DNA of 27,891 bases from a virus (taxonomy: Duplodnaviria > Heunggongvirae > Uroviricota > Caudoviricetes), in IMG/VR virus record IMGVR_UViG_3300047476_000806, one strand, 5' to 3'. A model generated the notes under the pieces. It was not told where the DNA came from. It saw only the letters and a program-made list of their open reading frames with translations, and did no database searches. A program made the position numbers and the translations under genes. Numbering within the stretch: position 1 is the first letter of the stretch; each line of letters starts with the position of its first letter. This document shows, piece after piece, positions 17,507 to 25,230 of this stretch.

Positions 17507-18498
17507 TTATTGTCCACATAATCATATACTTCTTTCAACCAACATTCTTCTTGTGTTCTAGCATCTTTAATATGATTACTCAAGAAACATCCTAAAGAAC
17601 ATCTATTAAAGTGTTCACATTCTAAACATTTATAATCATCAAACCAAGCTTGCTCTAAATCTTTTTTAGATGGAATCAACTTGATAGGTATAACACCCTT
17701 TAGCAGTATATCGCATCGACCAAAGTCTTCGTTTGGCATGATTGTGTATGTGTCCATACATGACATGTTTTGTTTTGTTTTGTTGTTGAAACCATTGAAT
17801 GGACTACAGTTAGGCCAAACATCATACATATATTTCATGAAGTTTCTAAGTTCGTAGTCTTTAGGAAGCAAAACATCCATATGCTTTTCTGGAGTATAAT
17901 AATCAAAGTATACTGGAAAATGTTTGTATAGATAGTCGAAGAAAGGTACAACGTTAGTCACAAATCTATCAAGATTAGGTTTAGTCATAATTACATTGAC
18001 TGACCTAATATGAGGAGTAAACTCAAATACATTTCTTGTGAATAATTTGAATGTATCAACATTAAAACGACCTGAGGGGTCATAACTAGTATACAATTTA
18101 ACTTTAGTCTTTTCTAAGAAAGCACTAACTCGTTGTGTATTAGTCCAAATAAAGTTAGTCGTGAATTGAACACTGACTTCGATATTATTATCTGAACAAT
18201 ATGATTTGATAGAGTGTACCAATATCACATAATCATCATATACACTATCAGGTAACTTATCAGAAAACACTTCACCACCCATAATATTAATGGTGAATAC
18301 TGTTTTACCTTTCTTTTGTAATTCTGCGATTGCTTTTTTGATAGGTTCTATCTTGTCTTTGATTGTATCAATACCTGCCATACTGTTATGGTCTTGAGCA
18401 CAAAACAAGCATGAGATATCACAGTACTCAAATAGAGTCACAATAATCTCACCTGTTTCGGTTCTCTTAGTATTGTTAATTACTTTTTCTGCAATCAT
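17497..18498 (-). CDS. Radical SAM/SPASM protein 2
   Basis: FEYCDISCLFC, MGGEVF, SCMD...GRC and CLECEHFNRCSLGC...EC. Confidence 0.9.
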   Translation of the reverse strand: MIAEKVINNTKRTETGEIIVTLFEYCDISCLFCAQDHNSMAGIDTIKDKIEPIKKAIAELQKKGKTVFTINIMGGEVFSDKLPDSVYDDYVILVHSIKSYCSDNNIEVSVQFTTNFIWTNTQRVSAFLEKTKVKLYTSYDPSGRFNVDTFKLFTRNVFEFTPHIRSVNVIMTKPNLDRFVTNVVPFFDYLYKHFPVYFDYYTPEKHMDVLLPKDYELRNFMKYMYDVWPNCSPFNGFNNKTKQNMSCMDTYTIMPNEDFGRCDILLKGVIPIKLIPSKKDLEQAWFDDYKCLECEHFNRCSLGCFLSNHIKDARTQEECWLKEVYDYVDNKWN

Positions 18499-19130
18499 TT
18501 AATTTTCCACTTATAAGAGAAAGCAAAAGTATATCTATTAACATTTGCTTTCAATTCTTCAACTTTATGCATAAACAAAGGATTATCATTATTAATAATT
18601 ATCATCGTTCCTGCGTTCGGTAATATCTTAGTCGTATACTTATGCTTGTTTAAAAGTTTCTTAGTAACAGATAAACTTCCACCATAAGATGACTTCCATT
18701 CTGTTTCAGTAAGATAGCATAACACTAATGTGTTTGTGCCGTCTATCACATCTTGGTGATAGTCACCACCTTCTGCACCATTCCATAGATGTATATGTGA
18801 AATTTCGTGTATAGGTCTAACTATACGCAAAAAATCAAATATAGAATTGTTTATTAGTTTTTCAGATAATTCTTTTAAAGAATCGGGACATCGTTCTAAA
18901 TTCAATCGATTTGCTCTATATTCAAATTCCATGTGAGCATCATCACCTTGAATATCGACAGGTTGACCTTCTATATACCAATCAGGAACTGTTTTGAATA
19001 CCGATTTACTTTTAATCCATTCTGTTGTATATATTTGCATCCAGAAATCAGACATCAACTCATCAGGTATTTTTGTATTTACAAAACCTTTTTCGTAGTA
19101 ATCAAATCCAAGATTTGCTAATTGATTCAT
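18495..19130 (-). CDS. 2OG-Fe(II) oxygenase (prolyl-hydroxylase-like)
   Basis: HxD (YHQD), LCYL...W..SYGGSL, distal His (FMHKV) and RYTFAF. Confidence 0.85.
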   Translation of the reverse strand: MNQLANLGFDYYEKGFVNTKIPDELMSDFWMQIYTTEWIKSKSVFKTVPDWYIEGQPVDIQGDDAHMEFEYRANRLNLERCPDSLKELSEKLINNSIFDFLRIVRPIHEISHIHLWNGAEGGDYHQDVIDGTNTLVLCYLTETEWKSSYGGSLSVTKKLLNKHKYTTKILPNAGTMIIINNDNPLFMHKVEELKANVNRYTFAFSYKWKIK

Positions 19131-19620
19131 GATTCCAATTCACTATAAAGTCAAAACAAGCTACAATTCTTCTATGTTCGGTGTAACCTGCTCTATGTAA
19201 TATTTTAGGATTATCATTTAATACAGCGATTAATTCACCATATCTAGGATAGATGACATCATCACCGACATACAATCCACCTTCTTTTATTTCACTCATA
19301 TCATTAAAGTAAAGTAAAAAGAATACGTTTGATGGTTCATCAGCATCAGAATGAAACTGGCAAAATTTAGAATCTTTTGGTAGATTACCTTTTATGTCAG
19401 ATTCTAATAATTCATATGAATGTGCATAAGGTTGTATGTATGTTAGTGCTATTTGATTGTGTAATACATTCAACATAGTCTTAACATAATCTTGATTGTT
19501 AGTAGGAAGTCTACTAATATGAGAAGTTTTAGGGTCAAACTCTAAATCATCAACCTGTAATTGGTCTGCTAAATCTGTTGCTAACCAATTACAGTATCCA
19601 TTTTTAAATAACGAGTGCAT
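19102..19620 (-). CDS. 2OG-Fe(II) oxygenase
   Basis: FHSD, FLLYFND, EGGL, distal His (LHRA) and RRIVACF. Confidence 0.8.
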   Translation of the reverse strand: MHSLFKNGYCNWLATDLADQLQVDDLEFDPKTSHISRLPTNNQDYVKTMLNVLHNQIALTYIQPYAHSYELLESDIKGNLPKDSKFCQFHSDADEPSNVFFLLYFNDMSEIKEGGLYVGDDVIYPRYGELIAVLNDNPKILHRAGYTEHRRIVACFDFIVNWNHESISKSWI

Positions 19621-19621
19621 A

Positions 19622-20704
19622 TTATCTTATTAAATAAGCTTTCAATTTCTCAGGTGATTTGACATTTTGTAATACGTAATCAATAAAATAGATATTGATA
19701 TTTTCTAAATCAATTGTTGAACAGAATGGTTCTTCAGCAACACACTCATTAGCAATAAATGCATCTAAGTCAGCATCAGTCAATTCTGTTTTACGTACAT
19801 ATTTTAAATATGATTGAAAGTATTCTTTATATTCTAATTCAGGATATACTTTATTAATAAATGAATCCAACAATACAATATCAGCATCACTAATAGATTT
19901 CAAATCAATGTTTGATTGTTTACCAAATCTAGGTGTACCTATATGACTCATGAAACTAGAGTCATTGATAATTTTAAGTGCAGGGTCTGTACTATAAGCA
20001 TCAATATTATCAAAAGTATTTAATGTAACACCAAGTCTATCTGTAAATTGTTTACGTAATAGTTTTCTATTCACAGTATACTTGGCTTCAATAATAGTTT
20101 GTTCGATTTGACGTTTAACTAATTTTTGAATTGCTACTTTTAATTTAGCTTTTTGAGTCTTATTATAAACATAAGATGATAACAAGAATTCAATACTTAA
20201 GTTGTATCCTACAGTAGTAAGAATATCTGTTGCTTCAGCTACAGTCACTGTTGTTTTACCAAAGACTGCTTCCCATTCAGCAAGTGATGGTTCGAATGTG
20301 TCGAATGCATCAAAGTCTTTAGTCTCTAAACTTCCAACAAGTTTTTCTCTATCAAAGTGTGCTTTAATAATTTTGTGAGCAGAAACAGAATCGATGTTTG
20401 CAAAAATAGCTTTGAACCAAGCACACACAATAGTTAAGAATGCTGATTGGTCTGCATAGATAACAAAAGGACGGTCATTTGTATCATTTTGTTGCGAGAT
20501 AGTTTTAAGTAATGAAAAAACACTTTCGTATTCTTTACCTTTACCTACAATCTTTGTTATATCATCAACGTGATGTAATACTTCACCAATAGATACTTTA
20601 GTACCATCAGGCATACCCACAGATTTAGATATAACCAATCTATCGTTTTTAACATCAATCAACGAATCGATTTGAATGTAGGTTTTCTTAAACAGGTGTA
20701 ACAT
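19622..20704 (-). CDS. Hypothetical protein (360 aa) in the rSAM cluster
   Basis: Long intact ORF overlapping the upstream gene and 1 nt from the next; no confident family. Confidence 0.8.
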   Translation of the reverse strand: MLHLFKKTYIQIDSLIDVKNDRLVISKSVGMPDGTKVSIGEVLHHVDDITKIVGKGKEYESVFSLLKTISQQNDTNDRPFVIYADQSAFLTIVCAWFKAIFANIDSVSAHKIIKAHFDREKLVGSLETKDFDAFDTFEPSLAEWEAVFGKTTVTVAEATDILTTVGYNLSIEFLLSSYVYNKTQKAKLKVAIQKLVKRQIEQTIIEAKYTVNRKLLRKQFTDRLGVTLNTFDNIDAYSTDPALKIINDSSFMSHIGTPRFGKQSNIDLKSISDADIVLLDSFINKVYPELEYKEYFQSYLKYVRKTELTDADLDAFIANECVAEEPFCSTIDLENINIYFIDYVLQNVKSPEKLKAYLIR

Positions 20705-21416
20705 TAATTAACTCCTCTAATTCTTTTACAGAATTTTGTTTTGCTTCTATGTATTCTTCGTTTTTAAATAATTGTTCTGAGATACCTACTGTTAACATAT
20801 ACATTGGGTTATTATTGTTAGCCCAATAAGAATACATGTTTTTACCTTTGAACATATACTCATCAAAATATTTAGAGTAGAATCTCAAACTACTTTGGTC
20901 AATACGACCGAATAATGTATAGAAAAACTCATGTTTCAGTAAGCTTACAAAGTTAATTCCTTCGTTGCTATCTGTATTATCTTCAGGAAACTGCTTCACA
21001 TAATTCTTCATTTCTTCAGAATCGATAATGTATAGATTATACAAAATCAAACTATCAATTCTAGAAACCCATTTCTTAACAATCTCAATGTTGTCTTCGA
21101 TAAATTGTTTATAAATTGTTGAGTCGGTCATGCTCTTTAATTCAAGCATAATTAAAATAACTTCTTTTTCTAAAGAAGTCACGTTCAACAACATGCCACT
21201 ATGTAAATAATCTTTAATTAATTCTAATCGTTCTTGTTCTGAACAATCTTTAAAATCTATATCTGCTGGTATATCAAGATTACTTAAATAAGTCAGTAAC
21301 TTAGAACCTTTTAATGTACTATTAGCATAATCAATCTGATAAGATATTGATTTATCTGTAAAATATTGTTTTAGATTGTCGATTGATATAGGTGCTACTG
21401 TTCTCACTAAACTCAT
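20688..21416 (-). CDS. Hypothetical protein (242 aa) in the rSAM cluster
   Basis: Intact ORF starting 6 nt after the CHxx-repeat gene stop; no confident family. Confidence 0.8.
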   Translation of the reverse strand: MSLVRTVAPISIDNLKQYFTDKSISYQIDYANSTLKGSKLLTYLSNLDIPADIDFKDCSEQERLELIKDYLHSGMLLNVTSLEKEVILIMLELKSMTDSTIYKQFIEDNIEIVKKWVSRIDSLILYNLYIIDSEEMKNYVKQFPEDNTDSNEGINFVSLLKHEFFYTLFGRIDQSSLRFYSKYFDEYMFKGKNMYSYWANNNNPMYMLTVGISEQLFKNEEYIEAKQNSVKELEELINVTPV

Positions 21417-21422
21417 AATATA

Positions 21423-21992
21423 TTATCTTCTTCCTCTTGAACCATGACAATTTGAATGACAAGAAGCATGACATACATTAATTTGAACTGTAACCGTCTG
21501 TGCTCTTGCATTATTTAAGATATCTCTTAAGTGACTAAAAAACGACTCTAAATTACCAGCAGATACATTTTGTCCTGCATCTACACCCATAGTACTCCAA
21601 CCAAAACCTTGTAAATAGTTTCCGTTTAGGTATGCAATCGCCGTAGCATCATAAACATATCCTGGTGTTGGTCGTGAGCCTGTATTACCACCGCCGCCAT
21701 CAACAAATAATAATGCTCTCAAATTTCTGATATTCGTATATGCATAAGTTTCGTTTACTAATGCATTAACAATTGAAGAAGCTGTGACTAAACTTCCTGT
21801 AACTCCTACACTTCCTCCATTGATACCGATGCCTTTACCAGAAGTGTAACCACCAAAATAGTTACCATCAAACTCAGCAAATGGATATGCATTATATCCC
21901 CAAGCAATATTTGAGTTTCCTGTTGCAACAACATAGTCAGCAAATCTGTCAACAATATTCTGTGGGGTAATAGGATTATCTAGTGATGCCAT
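21423..21992 (-). CDS. Putative modification substrate: Gly/Asn/Tyr-rich 189-aa protein with C-terminal (CHxx)3 motif
   Basis: Ends VCHASCHSNCHGSRGRR*; all three Cys in the protein are in this tail; overlaps the rSAM1 stop. Confidence 0.75.
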   Translation of the reverse strand: MASLDNPITPQNIVDRFADYVVATGNSNIAWGYNAYPFAEFDGNYFGGYTSGKGIGINGGSVGVTGSLVTASSIVNALVNETYAYTNIRNLRALLFVDGGGGNTGSRPTPGYVYDATAIAYLNGNYLQGFGWSTMGVDAGQNVSAGNLESFFSHLRDILNNARAQTVTVQINVCHASCHSNCHGSRGRR

Positions 21993-23037
21993 TTATTATC
22001 CAAATCTTCTTTTTAGTGTTAGTCTTCAGTTGTCTCATTAAACTTTTTGGAGCACCGCAAACATCATCTTGCCATGATAACTGGTGACAATCGCCACCAC
22101 AATATTCAAAAACATCACAAGAAAAACATCTAGTGTCTCGTGCACGTTCGCAAGCAATATTTTGTACTCTAGTAGGACTATTTATAAGAGTTTCTATAGA
22201 ATCATCTAGATGTCCAAATTGAAACTCCGGTGCCGAATTAGGACATCCAGATATACTTCCAGTTGCATTAATCGTGAATATCTTTTCTTCACAGTCTCGA
22301 CAGAATGTGCCACCTTTGGTGAAGTTGTTTTCAAATTTCTCATAAACAATCTCTAAAAACTCATTATCAAACCATTCTCTAGCACCATATTCTTCAGATT
22401 GATTATGCATCTTTAAGAACCATGCATCTTGTTCTATGTTAGATGGAAATATTTCAGGATGCAAATTAGCATTACCATTACCCGTAAGTCGTTCGAATGC
22501 TAACTCTTTGACACCTAAACTTCTTACCCATTCCAGTAATTTGATAGGCTCAATCTCGATAGTATCTTTAGTAACACTAATAAAAAGTTTTATGTCAACG
22601 TTTTTTTGAACTAAAGTCTTGACATTTTCAGCCCATAATGTAGATTGCTTTTCGTTATCGAATCTAATCTTAGGGTCCCAACTAGTGCCTAATCTATTAT
22701 TCAAACAATTTTTAATAAAATCTATTTTATCATCAGTTAGTTTGAATACTAAGTTTGTAGTAATACCCCATGACATCTCAGGAAATAAACTTTTACATTC
22801 ATTCCATACATATCTCATTTGTTCTACAGGTGCTAAGAAAGGTTCACCGCCATGAAACTCACAGTGTAGAGAATCTTCTTTGATTGAGTCTTTTCGATAT
22901 TCAGCAAATCTTTTAATCCAATTTGCTACTTTGATATGATTCCAATAGATTTTAGGTCCATTGATTCCATTGGTGAAACAGTGCTTACAATTAAGGTTGC
23001 ACGTTTCGGTCGTCTTCAGATAAAACATCCAATTCAT
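21976..23037 (-). CDS. Radical SAM/SPASM protein 1
   Basis: YLKTTETCNLNCKHC, FHGGEPF, CRDC...INATGSISGCP and CFSCDVFEYCGGDC...VC (canonical Cx2Cx5Cx3C). Confidence 0.95.
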   Translation of the reverse strand: MNWMFYLKTTETCNLNCKHCFTNGINGPKIYWNHIKVANWIKRFAEYRKDSIKEDSLHCEFHGGEPFLAPVEQMRYVWNECKSLFPEMSWGITTNLVFKLTDDKIDFIKNCLNNRLGTSWDPKIRFDNEKQSTLWAENVKTLVQKNVDIKLFISVTKDTIEIEPIKLLEWVRSLGVKELAFERLTGNGNANLHPEIFPSNIEQDAWFLKMHNQSEEYGAREWFDNEFLEIVYEKFENNFTKGGTFCRDCEEKIFTINATGSISGCPNSAPEFQFGHLDDSIETLINSPTRVQNIACERARDTRCFSCDVFEYCGGDCHQLSWQDDVCGAPKSLMRQLKTNTKKKIWIINGITR

Positions 23038-23515
23038 AACTAATCACTTTATCTTTTAAAAAATGTTCTAAACCGAAACTGAGCATTAATGAATCTTCTT
23101 TATTTAATGCTTCATGAGGAGTATTAGCAGGAATTAATACTGATTGATTTGGACCAATACAGTGTTCTTTAGAATCTATATTCATCCACTTAATCCCGGC
23201 TACACCGAGAATTATAACGTCATCAGGGTCAGTGTGCAAGCCAAAACTAACAGAATCTTTGAATGCTCTAAAAGCATGACATGACACAGGACCATCATGA
23301 TTATATTTGATTGCTAATTCTTTACAGAAATTAAAAATACTTTGATTGTATTTTTCCATCTGTTCTATCTTAATAGTGCAGGCATTGTATTTGTACAAGT
23401 CACCTAGACTATTAAGATATATTTGTTTACCGTCTTCATCAATAACAGATATAATATTTTGTTCGTAAACTAATTTAGAGTGAACAAAATTCTCAAACTC
23501 AAGTAATGAAATCAT
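22991..23515 (-). CDS. JmjC/cupin-type 2OG hydroxylase (RoxA/YcfD-like, minimal)
   Basis: HAF...SFGLHTDPDDVIILGVAGIKW (HxD...K) and LIPANTPHEA...SLMLSFG (distal His). ATGA overlap with the upstream fibre stop. Confidence 0.82.
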   Translation of the reverse strand: MISLLEFENFVHSKLVYEQNIISVIDEDGKQIYLNSLGDLYKYNACTIKIEQMEKYNQSIFNFCKELAIKYNHDGPVSCHAFRAFKDSVSFGLHTDPDDVIILGVAGIKWMNIDSKEHCIGPNQSVLIPANTPHEALNKEDSLMLSFGLEHFLKDKVISYELDVLSEDDRNVQP

Positions 23516-25224
23516 AGAATAACGGCTTCAATCATTCCTTCAACAGTATTGATTGATTCAAGAGCAATCGCAAATTTATTTTCACCAGAACCAGCTATAG
23601 CATAACCATCTTTAGTTGAAATTAAAGTTTGGCCTTTATTAACTGGACCAAGAACTTTAACTGGAACACGACCACGCAAGGCGATTGGTTGGCCTTCGCT
23701 ATCATTATTCATTAAGTAAGCTGGATTTTCAGAAATAACTCCAAGAACAACTTGAGCATCATCATATGATTGAGTAGCTTCAGAAGTTTCTACTGTTGAA
23801 ACAACAATAACTGTACCAACTTCATATTCTTGGTCGGTTGTATATTTCTCAGCCAAGTCGGCGTATCTTGCTGTAGTTGCTGTACCACTAAACAATGCCG
23901 CAGTTACTGTATATCCTGAAACATTAACATCGGCTGTTACTGTTAGAGCACCGGTAACTGTACCGCCAGATTTAGGTAAAGCGTTTCCTGCTGTTATAAA
24001 CGCTGAGTTAGCTACAGCATAAGCACTATTAGCATATGATGAAGCACTAGCCGCATTAAGAACCGCAGTGTTTGCTCTAGCGAATGCTGAGTTAGCATAT
24101 CCACCAGTAATTACACCACCTTGTAATAATGCTGTATTTGCAGTATCAAAAGCACTGTTTGCTTTGATGAAAGCTGAGTTAGCATAACCACCAGTAATTA
24201 CACCACCTTGAAGTAAAGCTGTGTTGGCTAAAGCAAATGCCGCATTAGCATAAACACCTGTTGTATTTTGACTTACATAAGATGCATTAGCATGTAAGTA
24301 TGCATTGTTAGCATAACCACCAGCAGTTAAATAAGCAACTCTTAATGCACTTGCTGTAGGAATTAATGATGTATTAGATGAAACTGGTGAATCGATAATT
24401 AAAGATTCATCAACAATAGAAGAAATGGTTGCTGTATTTCCTCTTGTGATTTGCCATACATCAAATTGTTCATTCCAAATAATAGAAGCATTATTGCCAG
24501 TATTTCTTTCATTCGTGATATATGCATTTTTATCTACTAATGTATTTGCATTAAGTGTTAACGTATCTGTTGAAATAACAGTGTTACCTACTTGAGTGAA
24601 TGTACCTCGAATAACAAAGTCACCTTCAACGATACCGTCACCGTATACTGTTAAGAAAGTGTTAACTGTAGCAACATCACTAGATAACAATCTAGTACTA
24701 ATGTTATCTGTAGTAATTGTGTCTGTGACATATACGTTAGAATTTGCGTATACATTATTAGCAATTAAAGTGTTTGCTGAAGCAGTACCTAAAACCTCAA
24801 TGTTTGTATTTACGATGCTTGAATTAGAAGATAAGCGGTTACTAACTATTGTACCACCAAAAGAAGCACTAGCATTAACAGTAAGAGAATTTACAGTTGC
24901 ATTGTTAGCAACGTATAATGAAGTGTTAGGACCTAATACAGATAACTCTCTACCAATAACAACGTTACCTGTTTGTGATGATTGAACACCGATATCAAGT
25001 TCTCTACCGATAATAACTTCAGATTGAAATAAAGCAGTATTAGAAACTTGTAAGCCAACACCATTTGCAGTAATAATCATGGTAGAATTATTACTTAAAA
25101 TCAATGTACCGTCATACTTAGTATAAGTACCTGACTCAAGTTTATTCAATTCCAACGCAGATTGGTTGGTCTGAATTCTCCATTCATCAATAGTGTTGGT
25201 TCTTGCAATGGTTGATATTGACAT
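23512..25224 (-). CDS. Tail fibre/appendage protein with C-terminal intramolecular chaperone (Peptidase_G2-like)
   Basis: TNTIDEWRIQTN head seen in T4-like virion proteins, beta-helix-like middle, ANSA repeats and RYADLAEKY...GVISENPAYLMN...IALRGRVPVKV. Confidence 0.85.
   Translation of the reverse strand: MSISTIARTNTIDEWRIQTNQSALELNKLESGTYTKYDGTLILSNNSTMIITANGVGLQVSNTALFQSEVIIGRELDIGVQSSQTGNVVIGRELSVLGPNTSLYVANNATVNSLTVNASASFGGTIVSNRLSSNSSIVNTNIEVLGTASANTLIANNVYANSNVYVTDTITTDNISTRLLSSDVATVNTFLTVYGDGIVEGDFVIRGTFTQVGNTVISTDTLTLNANTLVDKNAYITNERNTGNNASIIWNEQFDVWQITRGNTATISSIVDESLIIDSPVSSNTSLIPTASALRVAYLTAGGYANNAYLHANASYVSQNTTGVYANAAFALANTALLQGGVITGGYANSAFIKANSAFDTANTALLQGGVITGGYANSAFARANTAVLNAASASSYANSAYAVANSAFITAGNALPKSGGTVTGALTVTADVNVSGYTVTAALFSGTATTARYADLAEKYTTDQEYEVGTVIVVSTVETSEATQSYDDAQVVLGVISENPAYLMNNDSEGQPIALRGRVPVKVLGPVNKGQTLISTKDGYAIAGSGENKFAIALESINTVEGMIEAVIL
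24086..24229. repeat. Tandem 87-bp (29-aa) coding duplication, second copy partial
   Basis: ANTALLQGGVITGGYANSAF occurs twice; ccaccagtaattacaccaccttg at 24101 and 24188. Confidence 0.85.
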
Positions 25225-25230
25225 AGCGGC

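Noticed and set aside
21423-21437. C-terminal x-G-R-R resembling a eukaryotic amidation signal
   Set aside because: A short motif likely to occur by chance; no processing protease or amidating enzyme is recognisable. Kept only as speculation.
21423-21473. c-type heme-binding motif in the CHxx tail
   Set aside because: Spacing is CxxxCH, not CxxCH; there is no signal peptide and no cytochrome c maturation genes.
14591-23515. rSAM/2OG cluster as a DNA hypermodification or cofactor (PQQ, queuosine, molybdopterin) pathway
   Set aside because: No nucleotide kinases, base-modifying or pathway-specific partner genes; location is in the tail operon; a Cys/His-repeat substrate is present. Not formally excluded without phylogeny.
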